A stretch of 64,000 nucleotides of DNA from the human T2T-CHM13v2.0 reference genome, Homo sapiens. Each line of letters begins with the position of its first letter. Within the stretch, counting starts at the first letter, position 1. The notes under the pieces were generated by a model, which was given only the letters and a program-made list of their open reading frames with translations, had not been told where the DNA came from and made no database searches. Positions 40,750 through 56,008 of the stretch are shown piece by piece. The DNA lies in assembly GCF_009914755.1 (NCBI RefSeq), contig NC_060937.1; one strand, 5' to 3'. The position numbers and the translations under genes are program-made.

Positions 40750-42361
40750 GTAAGTGATCTGCAGGGCTGGTATTGGTTTCCAATGCTCAAAGCACATATG
40801 AGAAATCCTGAGGTCAACTGCGAATTTTCAAAATGTGGAAGGAGAGACTAGCTGTTTTGGAATTCTAGAGCTGGGACTTCTATACAGGCTTTCCTAAAGC
40901 CTCTTGATTATGAAGTTTAAAACCCACTGACATTCATGTTACATACGCCCCAAAATTATCAGCCTTATTGCATGGGTGTCTTTTTTCCTCCAGCATCAGT
41001 ATAATCAAAGCAGAGAAAGTAGTACTGGATAGTAGGGCACACATTCCCCAATATTTCCAGCTTGAAATTCGTTGTTTTATTATACATTTGGCTGAAATGC
41101 ACTCCCTTGGTAAATGAAAAGATAAGAATGTTTTACAAATTTCTATTTTATTTATAATATAACAAGCTTTGACCAAGCAAAAACAGAAAGTTAATTGGCT
41201 CCAGTACCCAAACCATGGAAAGAGGCAGGATGCCTAGATCTAGAAACCAAGTTTGTCAAGAGCCTTTCTTGATTTCTTGTCTCTAATCTGCTTTGAGATC
41301 TCCATTTTCTCAAATCAGCTGTACTCCATGGCTGTTATAGTCATCTCTGGACTCACATTCTATCACCTCCTATTCCAGAAAGAAACGAAGTTTCTCTAAC
41401 CTGCCGTACATTGAAAACATCTTAGGGAAAGTCTCTGGTAGTCCTAGCCCCAGTCCTATATTACCACCGCAGGGTTCGTGGAGGCAGGTTTGTAAGTGTG
41501 GGTAGCCAAATTATGGCCTCTGCAGAGGTGAGGTCTGCTGTCTACTCATCAGCACATCTGTCACATGTGTTTCTTCTCTGGTAGACTTTGAGTTCCTTAT
41601 AAGCAGAAACCATTCACCTTAATATTCTCATCACCTAACCAGGAGCCCAGAGTTGGTGCTTAACATTTATTAAATAAATATTGCTAAACTGTACTCCAGA
41701 AGGACAAGTTCTAAATGTTTACCCAGAGTTCTGCCAAAAATGGATTATATCATTTTAGTCTAAATTTTCTAGACACTGACAAAGAACATCTTAAGTTGAA
41801 AAAAAATTGAAAAGGAAAACATACCATAAAAGGATCTTGGTGGTAGGGGGCAGGGGGCAGGTAAAAATTTTTGGAAGATCTTTGTCCCTGTAAAGCCTTA
41901 AGTTATAGAACTCATTATGAAAGAAAAGTCTCCTTTAAAGCTTGAATTTTTTAACACTTTTTGTGGAAAAGAGAAACAAAAAGCCTAAAACAATACCAAC
42001 TGATTTTCCAGATATTTCAGTGAATTAAGAAAGTATTCCAAGGAGCTTCGAGTAAACATAATGCTTTACCGTTGAATGGCCTTCTTATTTTGGAAACACT
42101 ATTTACACAATCAACCCTGAGATAGGTTAGGAGTATCTGTAGCAAATTTTATTATAAACTTGCTCTCAGAATCATCAAGATTGAAACCCAAAGCCACTCA
42201 TTGGTAAACATCCGGGGACAACAGACTATTAATGGTGGATACTATTCCTGTCTAACAAAGACAATCATGAAATTTACAAATCACAAACCCCTTATTGCTT
42301 TCATATTATCACTGCTTCCCACATTAGAAAGAATAATTAAAAATTAGTACACTTCTTTAGT

Positions 42362-42425
42362 ATCTTATACCTTCTAAAGTACTTCCAGATTCCATCTTAT
42401 ACCTTCTAAAGTACTTCCAGATTAC
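42362..42425. repeat. 32-bp tandem duplication
   Basis: atcttataccttctaaagtacttccagatt(c/a)c x2. Confidence 0.95.
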
Positions 42426-42754
42426 ATCACATTGTTCCTTTTGTCAAGGAGAAGCCTAGTTCTTATTTCTGTTTTATTTGAAATAATATCTTATGGCCAC
42501 ACACTGAGTTAATAGGACAAGGCCGAGGCTCCTGAAATCCTCCAAAATATACATTTCAAGAGCACTTAAAAGGACATTCTGTAGCTGAAACTATATATTA
42601 GTCTTAAGCAACTAAGGTGTTCTTAGACTCTTTGACAGTAAGTCATTGTTTTGACAGGAAATCCCATGGCCTTCATTTAAAAAGAAAAAATTATCTAGGA
42701 TATTGTCACTTAAAATGTGGTGAGTATAGTCACCACAAAAAGAGTGAAAAGGTT

Positions 42755-42950
42755 GCCAGATTTAAGTTACAGGACTTGGATTCTTGTTTATACTCTTGGT
42801 GTTGGCAGCTGAGTGACTTTGACCAAGTTGCTCAACTTCCCTGAGCTCCATTTTTCTTTATATAGAAATGGAGAAATAATAATATCTATTTCAAAAGTTC
42901 TTGTGAAGATTAAATTAGATAATACATGTAAAAATGCTATAAAATTATAA
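42755..42950 (+). mobile_element. MIR fragment
   Basis: 'gctgagtgactttgaccaagttgctcaacttccctgagctc...gaagattaaattagataatacatgtaaa'. Confidence 0.7.
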
Positions 42951-43630
42951 ATCATTGTTTATAATCATATGACACAACTGCATTTGTTTACCTGACTGAA
43001 TACTAGACAAAATATCACATTAGGGCAAAGTTTGTGTCTCTTTTATCTTAATTATTCCCATTAAGCTAGATCATAATAACTGGTATATATACATACATAC
43101 ATATATACATAGTAAATGCTCAGTGAATGCTTATTTCAAGTTATCGTGTAAAATAGAGGAAGTTTTCTAGAGAAGTGAAAAACTATATTTACCCTATATT
43201 TCAAATTTAATCCCTGAGAAGATAGAGAAAAAATCGTGGAGAAGGAAAAGACATGAAAATTAATTTTACAAACATTCTTTTCCAAAGACTTTTCTAGGTC
43301 CTTGCAGAATTATCTCAGAAAATCATTTGAATATCCTCACCAAATAAGAATTATTACAACCACTTTTGTAGACAAACAAGGCTCTAAGGGCTAATAAATT
43401 TACTAATTTTATTCAGCTGGTACATGGTTTAAATCAAGATCATATTCTCAACAAAGCCCTTGTTCTTTGGATTCCACTGCCTTTTCCTAACTACACTGGA
43501 TTGCCTTGGGTCTCTTAGTTATTCATTATGAAAGAAAGGGAGCCCACTTTTTAATTGGCCAAAAATAAATATTTGTCCCCTCAACCATCTGTCATTATGT
43601 CTGCAATCACCACTGTTAGCTGGACATCTT

Positions 43631-43880
43631 TAATGTTTCCCAAATTGTGTTTTCATGAAAAAGTGGTCTCATGGAATGTTGCACAAATAAAGAGTCACAT
43701 ATTATGTCCTTCCACAGAGATTCACAGAGTACTATAACAAAATAAGGGCTCTGTGAAGTCCTAAGCCAAAGAAATCTGTTCAAAATAGCCAAGAGGGTCT
43801 TTTGACCATGAAAGCCTTCCCCTCACCACATAGAATGGATTAACATTCAAGGAAAGAGGACTACACATTGGGAAATATTG
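43631..43880. mobile_element. hAT-Charlie-type MITE relic
   Basis: TIR-like ends taatgtttcccaa / ttgggaaatattg. Confidence 0.45.
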
Positions 43881-45784
43881 CCTTACAGCCTTCTAGGAGC
43901 AAGTATTCTTTAATTAGAGAAAACATGACCATTGCATGAGACGTAAAACTTGCTTACACTGTGATAGAATTTGTTTTATTGTTCAAGCCTAATTGTATCC
44001 TCTTTAGTAGGAAGTAAACCAGAGTGAAATAATAAAACACACAGTGTTTCTCAACACAGCAGGTGCCTGGGAGAAAGGTTCTGGGCCACTTTGAGCTGTG
44101 GTTCCCTGAAGGAGGAGTTGCTAAAGATAAGGGGTACACAGGTTGTCCCTGAGGACAGATATACCTTCTCGATTTTATTTGGGGTGGTTCCTAGGTAATG
44201 AAAGGAGATAGTTCTTAGCAATAAGAAAGTAACTATGATTCTACTATTTAAACTTTCAGTTATCCTTTAGGGATAATGGAATAAATGGCTTGTTGAATTG
44301 TGAGATGCTCATGAATTAATCCCTCATGGAGAAATTGTGCATACAGGCTAAAGCCCATACTGAAACTGAGTAGGACACTGGGGCTAGATCGTAAGCTTTC
44401 TTATATCTGGACTAACTTCTCCCAAGAGAGGGTGATGGGGAGTGTGTTTTAATGTCTTGTAAAATGCCTCTTAAGGGAAGGAAGTTTATCAGCCATGGAA
44501 GAACCTGAAAAAGGTGACACTGAAGAATATGCCACAAATCGGCATTCATTGATTCTGAAACAAGAAATAGTAGAGAGGAAAACTCTTCTCTCCTAACAAT
44601 GGTCCATAATAGCACCTAGAGTAGGAACTTCTGCCCCACACAATCTGCCCTGATAGGGAAGAACTACCATTTAGATAATCCTGCCTGAGTCTGAGGAGAT
44701 AGCACTGTATCAGAAAGCTTAATTCATGCCATTATATTTCAAATATTCTTCAGTGTAGCTTTCCTGGTAATAAAGCTAATATTTCCATGGCCAGATACAG
44801 GATTCCTGTATTCATCTCTCAATTGGTTATGAACTTGGGTTGGAACTGGGGGTTAAATAGGCATTATAATTATCTCCTAAACTCACTGAAGTACTTTGCT
44901 TACATTCCCTGTGATGCTCTTAGGCATGGGAAGTCAGCAGGAAAATACTGCAGAATGTCACTCATGGGTCTCACCCCACCTGCCCTGGCAGTCACTTCAT
45001 TCGCCAGCCCTTGATACTCACTCAAGATGTGAAAGAGCTTTTTCTCTCTCACTCAGCAACTTGTTTTCTTTAACTGATTTTGGCAATCTTATTCTATATT
45101 CTGGGAAATTTGACAAGTAAAATAAAGTTGCTCAACTAGAATGACATCTTGGTTCTGCATACTATTTTCAATAAAACTATTGATTTCAGACTCACAGACA
45201 CCAGAAACACACTAACTATTCAACAACAAACTCAGAATATGTTTGTCTTTTATATAAAGACAAAGACCTGACTTCTATGCTCTACTTCTGATACCTGTAT
45301 TTAATAGGCACTAAGATATCTGTTGAGTAAATGAAATGAAGGAGTGTTACCAGACCCTGGGTCAGTTATTGGTAAAAATTTGCTACAAACTTATGTCACT
45401 TGTGTCTAATATATAGATAAGATCAGGGCATACAAATTCTACCTAGTTCTCTTCTTTTGTACTGAGGTGATATTCACAGAAAATGAGGCCAGAAAAATGA
45501 CATTGCCTATTATGGGATTTGGCCTCAAGTCCCTCTTTAGTCTCCTATGGAGAAGACGTACAGTATATTTAAACCACAGAGACTATTTCTCCCTAGAAAG
45601 AGGCAGGCGTGGGAACTCTGGCTCTAGTTGTGCCCCTTCAATCCTATCTGTTCCAGCTAGGCATGCTAAGGAAATTTGAAGGGGATCAAGGGCAAAAGAT
45701 GTTATTTTTTCTTCCCAAATGGTAACCAATCTGTGAACTATCTTACAGTACCAACCCCATAGGAGGAAAAAAATGAAAAGTGAC

Positions 45785-46299
45785 TGTGATGGTTAATTTT
45801 ATGTGGCAACTTGACTGGGCCATGGGCTGCCCAGATATTTGGTTAAATATTATCCTGGATTTGTCTGTGAGGGTATTTTTAAAAGAGATTAAAGTTTGAA
45901 TCTGTATACTGAGTGAAACAGATTGCCTTCCCCAATGTGGGTGGGCCTCATCCAATCCACTGAAGACCTGAATAGAACAAAAAGCTCAGTAAGGAAGAAT
46001 CCGCTCTCTCTGACTGTTTTGGGGCTGGGACATCAGTCTTCTGCCTTTGAACTCAGACTCAGACTGGAGCTTACCTCCTCAGTTCTCCTGGTTCTCAGGC
46101 CTTCAGACTTGGACTGGAACTATACCACTAGCTCTCCTGGGTCTCCAGCTTGCCAGCTGCAGATCTGGAGACTTCTCAGCCCCATAATCATGTCAGCCAA
46201 TTCCTTATAGCCAATATCTCTCGATAGATGGATGGATGGATGGATAGACAGATACACGTTCTATTGGTTCTGTTTCTTCAGAGAATTCTGATTAACACA
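45785..46299 (+). mobile_element. MLT2 (ERVL) solo LTR
   Basis: tgtgatggttaattttatgtggcaacttgactgggcca...ctattggttctgtttct...ctgattaacaca. Confidence 0.9.
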
Positions 46300-47086
46300 T
46301 GGACCAAAGGCCAAATAATCTATATGGAGAAAATGTCTCAACAATGCTAATTTTTTAATCTCTTTAGTCATCACAAGGAAAACACCACTCTCTAACATGG
46401 TTAGTTTGTACCCATACTCTTGATTCAGACCAAAATTCCTTATCCCTAATGAAAGGCTGTGATTATTGGCCTAGCAACTGGAATGTGAACTAAAACCTAC
46501 CAGTCAGGAACAAATGAAGCCATACACAAACTGGGCATTAACTCCATTCTGGAGAGCAAAGCATTTTCTTCAGATGACTGAGATAACCCAGTTTGCTTAG
46601 GATATTTGTCCAGGATAGGGATTTTCATAAGGAGAACTAATTGTCAAGTTCCCTGCACTAGATGAATTTCTGACAGGTTTACTGCTTCATGAAAAGAAAT
46701 GTCATTTACTAAAGGAGTTGCAAGTCAATATGTGTTCTGAAATTGCAGTTGTGATTCTTGGAGGTTGCCAGAACACATAAAACAGAAAACATAGTGAAAA
46801 TATCTGTCTACACAATGGAAGTTAAAGTGAAAAGTGGGAAACATCATGAAAATAAAAAGTATTTCCTAAATTTAGTTTTGGTCTTACAGGAACTTTGCTT
46901 CTCTGTATGAACAAAGAGAGAAAGAAAAGGGTTAAAAATGTAATTGGACTTTAAAACACAGAATTGTAAGATCTATAATAGGAAACATATCAGGCTTGAA
47001 AGGAGAGGTAGAAACAGAGAGTAAACAAACAAGTGCCAATTGACTACTTTTGAGGTTTTCATTTTATCTATAGAAAATCCTCAAAG

Positions 47087-50000
47087 CTGTTTTGGTTACT
47101 GTAGCCTTGTAGTATAGTTTGAAGTCAGGTGGCATAATTCCTCCAGCTTTGTTCTTTTTGCTTAGGATTGTCTTGGCTATACAGGGTCTTCTTTTATTCC
47201 CTATGAAATTTAAAATAGTTTTTTCTAACTCTGTGAAGAATGTCAGTGGTAGTTTGATGGGAATAGCATTGAATCTATAAATTACTTTGGGCAGTATGGC
47301 CATTTTCACGATATTGATTCTTCCTAACCATGAAGATGGAATGTTTTTCCGTTTGTTTGTGTCCTTTCTTATTTCGTGATCAGTGGTTTGTAGTTCTCCT
47401 TGAGGAGGTCCTTCACATCTCGTTAGCTGTATTCCTAGGTATTTTATTATCTTTGTAGCGATTGGGAATGGGAGTTCATTTATGATTTGGCTCTGGGCTT
47501 GTCTATTGTTGGTGTAAAGAAATGCTTGTGATTTTTGCACATTGATTGTGTACCCTGAGACTTTGCTGAAGTTGCTTACAGTTTAAAGAGTTTTGGGGCT
47601 GAGATGATGGGGTTTTCTAAATATAGAATCATGTTGTCTGCAAACAGACAATTTGACTTCCTCTCTTCCTATTTGAATACACTTTATTTCTTCCTCTTGC
47701 CTGATTGCCCTGGCCAGAACTTCCAATACTATGTTGAATAGGAGTGGTGAGAGACAGCATCCTTGTCTCGTACTGGTTTTCAAAGAGAATGCTTCCAGCT
47801 TTTGACCATTCAGTATGATATTGGCTGTGGGTTTGTCATAAATACCTATTATTACTTTGAGGTATGTTCCATCAATATCTAGTTTATTGAAAGTTTTTAA
47901 CATGAAGGGATGTTGAACTTCATCGAAGACCTTTTCTGAATCTAGTGAGATAATCATGTGGTTTTTGTCATTGGTTCTGTTTATGTGATGGATTCCATTT
48001 ACTGATTTGCATGTGTTGAACCAGCCTTGCATCCCAAAGATGAAGCCAGCTTGATCATGGGGGATAAGTTTTTGGATGTGCTGCTGGATTCAGTTTGCCA
48101 GTATTTTATTGAGGATTTTTGCATCAATGTTCATCTGGGATATTGGCTTGAAGTTTCCTTTTTTTATTGTGTCTCTTCCCGGTTTTGGTATAAGGATGAT
48201 GCTGGCTTCATAAAGTGAGTTAGGGAGTCCCTCTGTTTCAGTTGTTTGAAATAATTTCAGATGGAGTGGTACAAGTTCCACTTTGTATTTTTGGTAGAAT
48301 TCAGCTGTGAATCCATCTGGCCCTGGGCTTTGTTTTGATTGGTAGGCTATTAATTACTTTCTTAATTTCAGAACTTGTTATTGGTCTATTCATGGATTCA
48401 GCTTCTTCCTAGTTTAGCCTTGGGAAGGTGTATGTGTCCAGGAATTTATCCATTTCTTCTAGATTTTCTAGTTTATTTGCATAGAGGTGTTTATAGTATT
48501 CTCTGATGGCAGTTTGTATTTCTGTGGAGTTAGTGGTGATATCCCCTTTATTATTTTTATTGTGTCTAGTGGATTCTTCTCTCTTCATTAGTCTAGCTAG
48601 TGTTTTATCTATTTTGTTAATTTTTTCAAAATCCAACTCCTAGATTGATTGATTTTTTGGAGGGTTTTTCATTTCTCTATCTCCTTCAGTTTTTCTCTGA
48701 TTTTCATTGTTTCTTGTCTTCTACTAGCATTTGGGTTTAGTTTGTTCTTGCCTCTCTAGCTCTTTTAATGGAGATGTTAGGGTGTTGATGTGAGACCAAA
48801 ACAGACATATAGACCAATGGGGCAGAACAGAAACCTCAGGAATAACATCACACATCTACAACCATCTGATTTTCAACAAACCTGACAAAAACAAGCAATG
48901 AGGAAAGGATCTCCTATACAATAAATGATGCTGGGAAAACTGGCTAGCCATATGCAGAAAACTGAAACTGGACCCCTTCCTTACACCTTATACAAAAATT
49001 AACTCAAGATGGATTAAAGACTTAAATGTAAAACCCAAAACCATAAAAATCCTAGAAGAAAATCTAGGCATTCAGGATATGGGCATGGGCAAAGACTTCA
49101 TGACTAAAACACCAAAAGCAATGGCAACAACAGCCAAAATTGACAAATGGGATTTAATTAAACTAAAGAGTTTCTGCACAGCAAAAGAAACTATCATCAG
49201 AGTGAATGGGCAACCTAGAGAATGGGAGAAAAATTTTGCATCTACCCATTTAACAAAGGCCTAATATCCAGAATTTAATATCCAGAAAAAAATTCTAATA
49301 TCCAGAAATTTAAACAAATTTACAGGAAAAAAACAACCACATCAAAAACTAGGCAAAGAATATGAACAGACACTTTTCAAAAGATGACATTTATGCAGCC
49401 AACAAACACATAAAAAAAGCTCAACATCACTGATCATCGGTGAAATGCAAATCAAAACCACAATGAGATACCATCTCATGCCAGTTAGAATGATGATTAT
49501 TAAAAAGTCAGGAACAATAGATGCTGGCAAGGCTGTGGAGAAATACAAACACTTTTACACTGCTGGCGGGAACATAAATTAGTTCAACCATTGTGGGAGA
49601 CAGTATGGCGACTCCTCAAGGATCTAGAACCAGAAATACCACTTGACTCAGCAATCCCATTACTGGGTATAGACCCAAAGGAATATAAATCATTCTACTA
49701 TAAAGACATATGTACACGTATGTTTACTGCAGCACTGTTTACAATAGCAAAGACATGGAACCAACCCAAATACCCATCAATGATAGACTGGATAAAGAAA
49801 ATGTAGTACATAGACAGCATGGTATACTATGCAGCCATGTAAAGGAATGCAACTATGTTCTTTACAGGGACATGGATGAAGCTGGCAGCCATCATCCTCA
49901 GCAATCTAACACAGGAACAGAAAACCAAATACCACATGTTCTCACTCGTAAGAGGGAGTAGAACAATGTGAACACATGGACACATAGAGGGGAGCATCAC

Positions 50001-50142
50001 ACACTAGGGGTGAGAGGAGGGAACTTAGAGGATGGGTTGATGGGTGCAGCAAATCACCATGGCACATGTATACCTATGTAACAAACCTGCACGTTCTGCA
50101 CATGTAACCTGTTTTTTTTTAGAAGAAATAAATTTTTAAAAA
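47087..50142 (+). mobile_element. L1PA8A-like element with a 1.7-kb 5' inversion (47087-48794 antisense, 48795-50142 sense)
   Basis: ORF2 fragments on both strands; 3' end 'ggagggaacttagaggatggg...gttttttttttagaagaaataaa'; TSD agaaa(at/tt)(c/t)ctcaaag at 47072-47086 and 50143-50157. Confidence 0.93.
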
Positions 50143-50149
50143 AGAAATT

Positions 50150-50332
50150 TCTCAAAGTTCCACCCTCTAATCACCTGCTGCAGAAACACTGGGTACTTTT
50201 TTTTTTTTTTTTACATAAATGCAGATCTCTAGACCCCATCCCAGATCTGCTGAATCTGGGTAATATCCAGGAATCCACATTCTAAACAAGCCTTAGGTGG
50301 TATTTATATACCCTAAAATTTGAAAACCCCTG
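50150..50332. mobile_element. MER5-like hAT MITE
   Basis: 'aaatgcagatctctagaccccatcccagatctgctgaatc...ggaatccacattctaaacaagc...tttgaaaacccctg'. Confidence 0.65.
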
Positions 50333-51349
50333 ATATTAATGCATCTTAGTTCCTGTAAGGTGTTCTAGTCCTTTATCCCTTTACAGTGCTACTTTGAACC
50401 TAGAGGTACATCTTTGATTAACTGGAACTTTAAAGGTCAATGTTCCTGTAGAGAAAGACTGGAAAACCTTTCCAGTTTACATTTGAAGCAGTGTATTCAT
50501 TGCTAGAAAAGAAGGAACAAGTTGATTTTACTCTGGAGAAGCAGATCCACCTTCTGAGGTTCCCATTTTTATAATTTTGGATAAGCTTGCAACTATCTTT
50601 GTGAGACCTGGCACCCTCACACTCAGCTTGCATCATTAGCCTTCACATGAGTCCTGGACAAGTTCAACAGGGAACCTGTCCTTGAAAAGCTAATGAGATC
50701 TTCCATAAGCATGTATTGCTTTCACTGATTTAAAATAAATATGTAACAGAAAGGACTCCTTTTCAAGCTAAAGGGAAACATGGAAGTGTGCAAAAGGAAC
50801 TGTGTCAGGGTCCAGAGATTTGCCTCTGTCAACAGTGTGTTCTGGGACTTCAGGTGGGCACTACGTTCTCAGCAATCATTACTAATTTCTAAAGGTAGTG
50901 AGGTTGGATTTAAGAACTTCTATGCTTCCTTCAAACATCAACGAAATGTGTTTTATTTTTTCCTGTAAGGTTTAAAAATGATTTAATTTACAGCTATTAG
51001 TTCTAACAGAAAATTGTTAGTTTCCATATGTGTAAAAGTCTAAAACTAGCACTGAGAATATGCATTGTGAGGTTTTTAGCCCATATTTGAAATACAGATG
51101 TTATAAAGCATTATTATGCCTCAGAGGAAGTTTGGAGTTCTGAACACTTTGATTTGCTAAGATTACACTGCAAAACATATCAGTAAAAAGTATTTGAGGA
51201 GTAATTTTATTTCAGTAAAAGAGACTTCATATTAGCTATTTTTATTCATAAAACATCCTAAGGAATATGTATTTCAATATTACTATGTATAGAAATTATT
51301 AATAACACCTTGATCTCTTAGTTCTTTCACTAGAAAGAACCTAGATTTT

Positions 51350-51841
51350 CTTATTTTTATTTTTTTAGATTCATGGAGTACATGTCAGTTTTGTTACATG
51401 GATATATTGTATAGTGGTGAAATCTGGGCTTTTAGTGTACCCATCACCCAAATAGTGAACACTGTACCCAAGAGGTAATTTTTCAACTCTCTTCCACCCT
51501 CCCTGCTTTTGAAGTCCCCAGCATCTGTTATTCCCTTCTGTCTGCCCACACGTACCCATTGTCTAGCTCCTACTTATGTGAGAACACATGGTATTTGATT
51601 TCTCTGTTTTTGAGTATTTCACTTAGGATAATGGCCTCCAGCTCCATCGAGTGTGATACTGGTTTCATAGAATGAGTTGGGGAGAAATATCTCCTCCATT
51701 TTTTGGAATAGTTTCAGTAAGATTGGTACCAGCTCTTCTTTGTATGTCTGGTAAAATTGGGCTATGAATCTGTCTGGTCCTGGGCTTTTGTTAGGACATT
51801 TTTTATTACTGATTTAATTTCATTATTGGTCTGTTCAGGAT
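51350..51841 (-). mobile_element. L1PB4-like element with a large internal deletion
   Basis: 3' end joined at about 51648 to a pre-RT ORF2 segment; TSD aa(c/t)ctagatttt at 51338-51349 and 51842-51853. Confidence 0.85.
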
Positions 51842-53085
51842 AATCTAGATTTTATATTTCAAACGTCTCACAATTTCTTCTACTAACAGCATTTTAGTAA
51901 CTCAGTGATACCCTATTCTATGATCCATATCTCCTAAATTATCTTTAAACTTTAAGCTTTAAAAGTGATGAAATAATTAAGATACATGGTTTATATCTCA
52001 GATACTAACTTCTCTGGAGTACACTCTCCAGTATAAACTGTACTAGAGAATCTGAGAATGGAAAGAATCCTAACCAGATTATCATTTATCGTCTTGCCAT
52101 AGCTCCACTGAGCCATCATAAAACGTGTGGAACAGCAGGATTCTTAATTGTCCTACATGACAAGGCTAATGTTTTTGAATTCATTCATTATCCAGAATTT
52201 TCCCCAAAGTCTTGCCCAAGCTCCAAAGAATGTAACTTGAGGCTTAAGTTTCCTTTCATTGTTGGTTGCATAATTCTCTGAGAGGCAATGACAAGAAAGT
52301 CCTTCCATCCTGAAAGCTAGGAAACACTGACCTTTAACTTAAAGCCTTTCTTAAGTTTGAAAATATGACGACTGTGTGTGCAAAATATTCTAAGTCCTAT
52401 AGAATGCCAGCCTGATACAAATCTAAGTTCTGCTTCTTTTAAAAACAACACTTTAAACTTCAAACTAAGCCTTTTCTTATGTAAAAATTTCTGCAGTAGC
52501 AAATTGAGGGCCCTGAAAACATTTCTACCAGTAAAACTGATTCCACTCTCTCCCCAGACCTCCTTAACAGAAAGCAGGAGCAATAATCAAGCCCTTTGCA
52601 CCTGCATCATTAGCAGCTCATGTCATTATCCAGCAAGTACAGTGTTACCAGAAATCTTCCATCTTAGACTGTGAAGAGTCCTGGGTTTTAATTTGCACCT
52701 GTGTGTATTTCATTAAAGCAATGAGCCTCAAATTTTACAATACCAAGGTTCAGATTACACAAGTAAATGGGACTTACTTTGTATAATGCATTGTCTACTC
52801 AGTAGCCACTCTCTGCCAGCTCTGCCCCCATGTGACCAATGTGCTGTAGGGCATATGGGTCAAAGAGAAAAATGCAAGGGAAACAGATTGGTCATGGTAT
52901 TACAATTAATGGTCATGTGTTTTTGGTTCTGCATTGAAAGAGAAGTAGCTGTAGTTTAGTGAACTGGTTATTGCATATGATTTCAAAAACCCTAAGTTCA
53001 AATTCCTAGTCTGCAACTTAGTGGTGTGTGGCTTTGAGATGATCACTCAACCTCCCTGAGATTATTTCTTCATCTATCAAAATCA

Positions 53086-53920
<835 letters not shown>

Positions 53921-54313
53921 GGACATAATGAAAATTATACAATTATACACAAGACTTGATTATTGTTCTTGCTCCTGATTTCTGTAAAGGAAGTTTGTGA
54001 AGAGACAGTGGAATCAGTTTTGCTGAGAGAAATGTTTGCAGGGCCCCAGATTTGCTACTGTAGATATTTTTAGGGATGAAAAGGTTTAGTTTGAAGTTTG
54101 AAGATTTTTTTAAAATAAAGCATAATAATAATTTAGATTTTATCAGTCTGGCATTCTGCAGGACTTAGAATATTTTGCACATATAGTCATCATTTTTTCA
54201 AACTTAAGAAATAGGCTTTAAATTGTCTTGGGTTAATGTTAAATGAGATATCAATTTTAAAAGTTTCTGACATACAAATAAAATTCAGTAACAGTTTCCT
54301 TTTTCTTAGTAAG

Positions 54314-54670
54314 TTTTTTATTTTTTTATTTCAATAGGTTTTTGGGGAGCAGGTGGTGTTTACATGGATAAGTTATTTGGTGGTGATTTTTGAGATTTTG
54401 GTGCACACATCACCCGAACACTGTATACTGGACCCAATGTGTAGTCTTTTATTCCTCGCCATGCCCCAAACTTTCCCCCAAGTCCCCAAAGTTCAGCGTA
54501 TCATTCTTATGCCTTTGCATGCTCATAGCTTAGCTCTCACATGTGAGTGAGAACATACAATGTTTGGTTTTTCATTCCTCAGTTATCTAACTTAGAATAA
54601 ATGGTCACCAATTCCACCCAGGTTTCTGTGAATGCCATTATTTTGTTTCTTTTTATGGCTAAGTAGTATT
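54314..54670 (-). mobile_element. L1PB1/2-like 3' end
   Basis: 'atttcaataggtttttggggagcaggtggtg...gagattttggtgcac...cattcttatgcctttgc'. Confidence 0.85.
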
Positions 54671-55064
54671 GCTTAATTTGAGGGCAAATATAATAAGTTA
54701 TAATGCAGACATATAACTGCATATACATGTCTAAATATAGACATTTGATTTTCTAAGTGCCACATTCACTGGCTCACAAGATACACTTTCTGGGGATGAC
54801 AGTGGATATTTTCTTATTGCTTCACTCATCTAGCAGTTATTTCTTAAGAAGGAAGCAGCCCAAAAGAATTCCCAGTTTACAACATGTCCAATTCTATGTC
54901 TTCTGTGTGAAGAATTAATAATGACTCATGCTTTCTGGGAAAGACAGAAAATGACAATCATAAATGCTTATGAAAAGGATATTTAAGATTACACAAAGTA
55001 TTACTTGGATCTATACCCATTGCAAATTGTTCCAAAACTTGTTACTCATAAAACCCAAATTCTT

Positions 55065-55414
<350 letters not shown>

Positions 55415-56008
55415 TCACTCAGCAATATCTGGTTACTATTTTTATGAGTAAAGAATCAAATTGTACAATATTTAAATGATATGCTATCTTCATAATATGT
55501 TTTTCTCATATTTTAATCCCAAAGTAGTAAGTTAGGGGAATATAAGTTAATATCTTATTTTTTGTAGCAAGATGGGCTTCAAAATGTTCTGCTATATTGA
55601 CTCCTATCAACACGGGCTGATTGGTCTACCTGAAGGAGCATGATCTACCATGATCCATTCCTTCTCTGAACATCTATCATTGATTTATTTAGAACCAGCA
55701 CCAGGCTGACTGGACCTTTACTACTAGTCAATATGCCTAAGCTTTCTCTCCCCCGATGAAATACAAATTTCAGTAACTGCAAAGACTTTGTCTTACAGTT
55801 TGTCAAAATTCTCAGAGCAGGGTCCAGGAGACAGAGCCAAAAAGAGTTACAAAAGAAGTAAAAACTATGGACCCTGATAGGAAAACTAAAACGGGTATCT
55901 AAAACAATACAAAAAGCTGATAGGTATCCTTCTCTTTGGTAATGGAATAATTGTTACATCCTAAAAGCTAACAACCCACATAAATCTGACAATTTTTATT
56001 TATATTTT

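Noticed and set aside
47064-49806. Several 60-158 aa ORFs with RT-like motifs
   Set aside because: Frameshifted L1 ORF2 pieces on both arms of the inverted L1.
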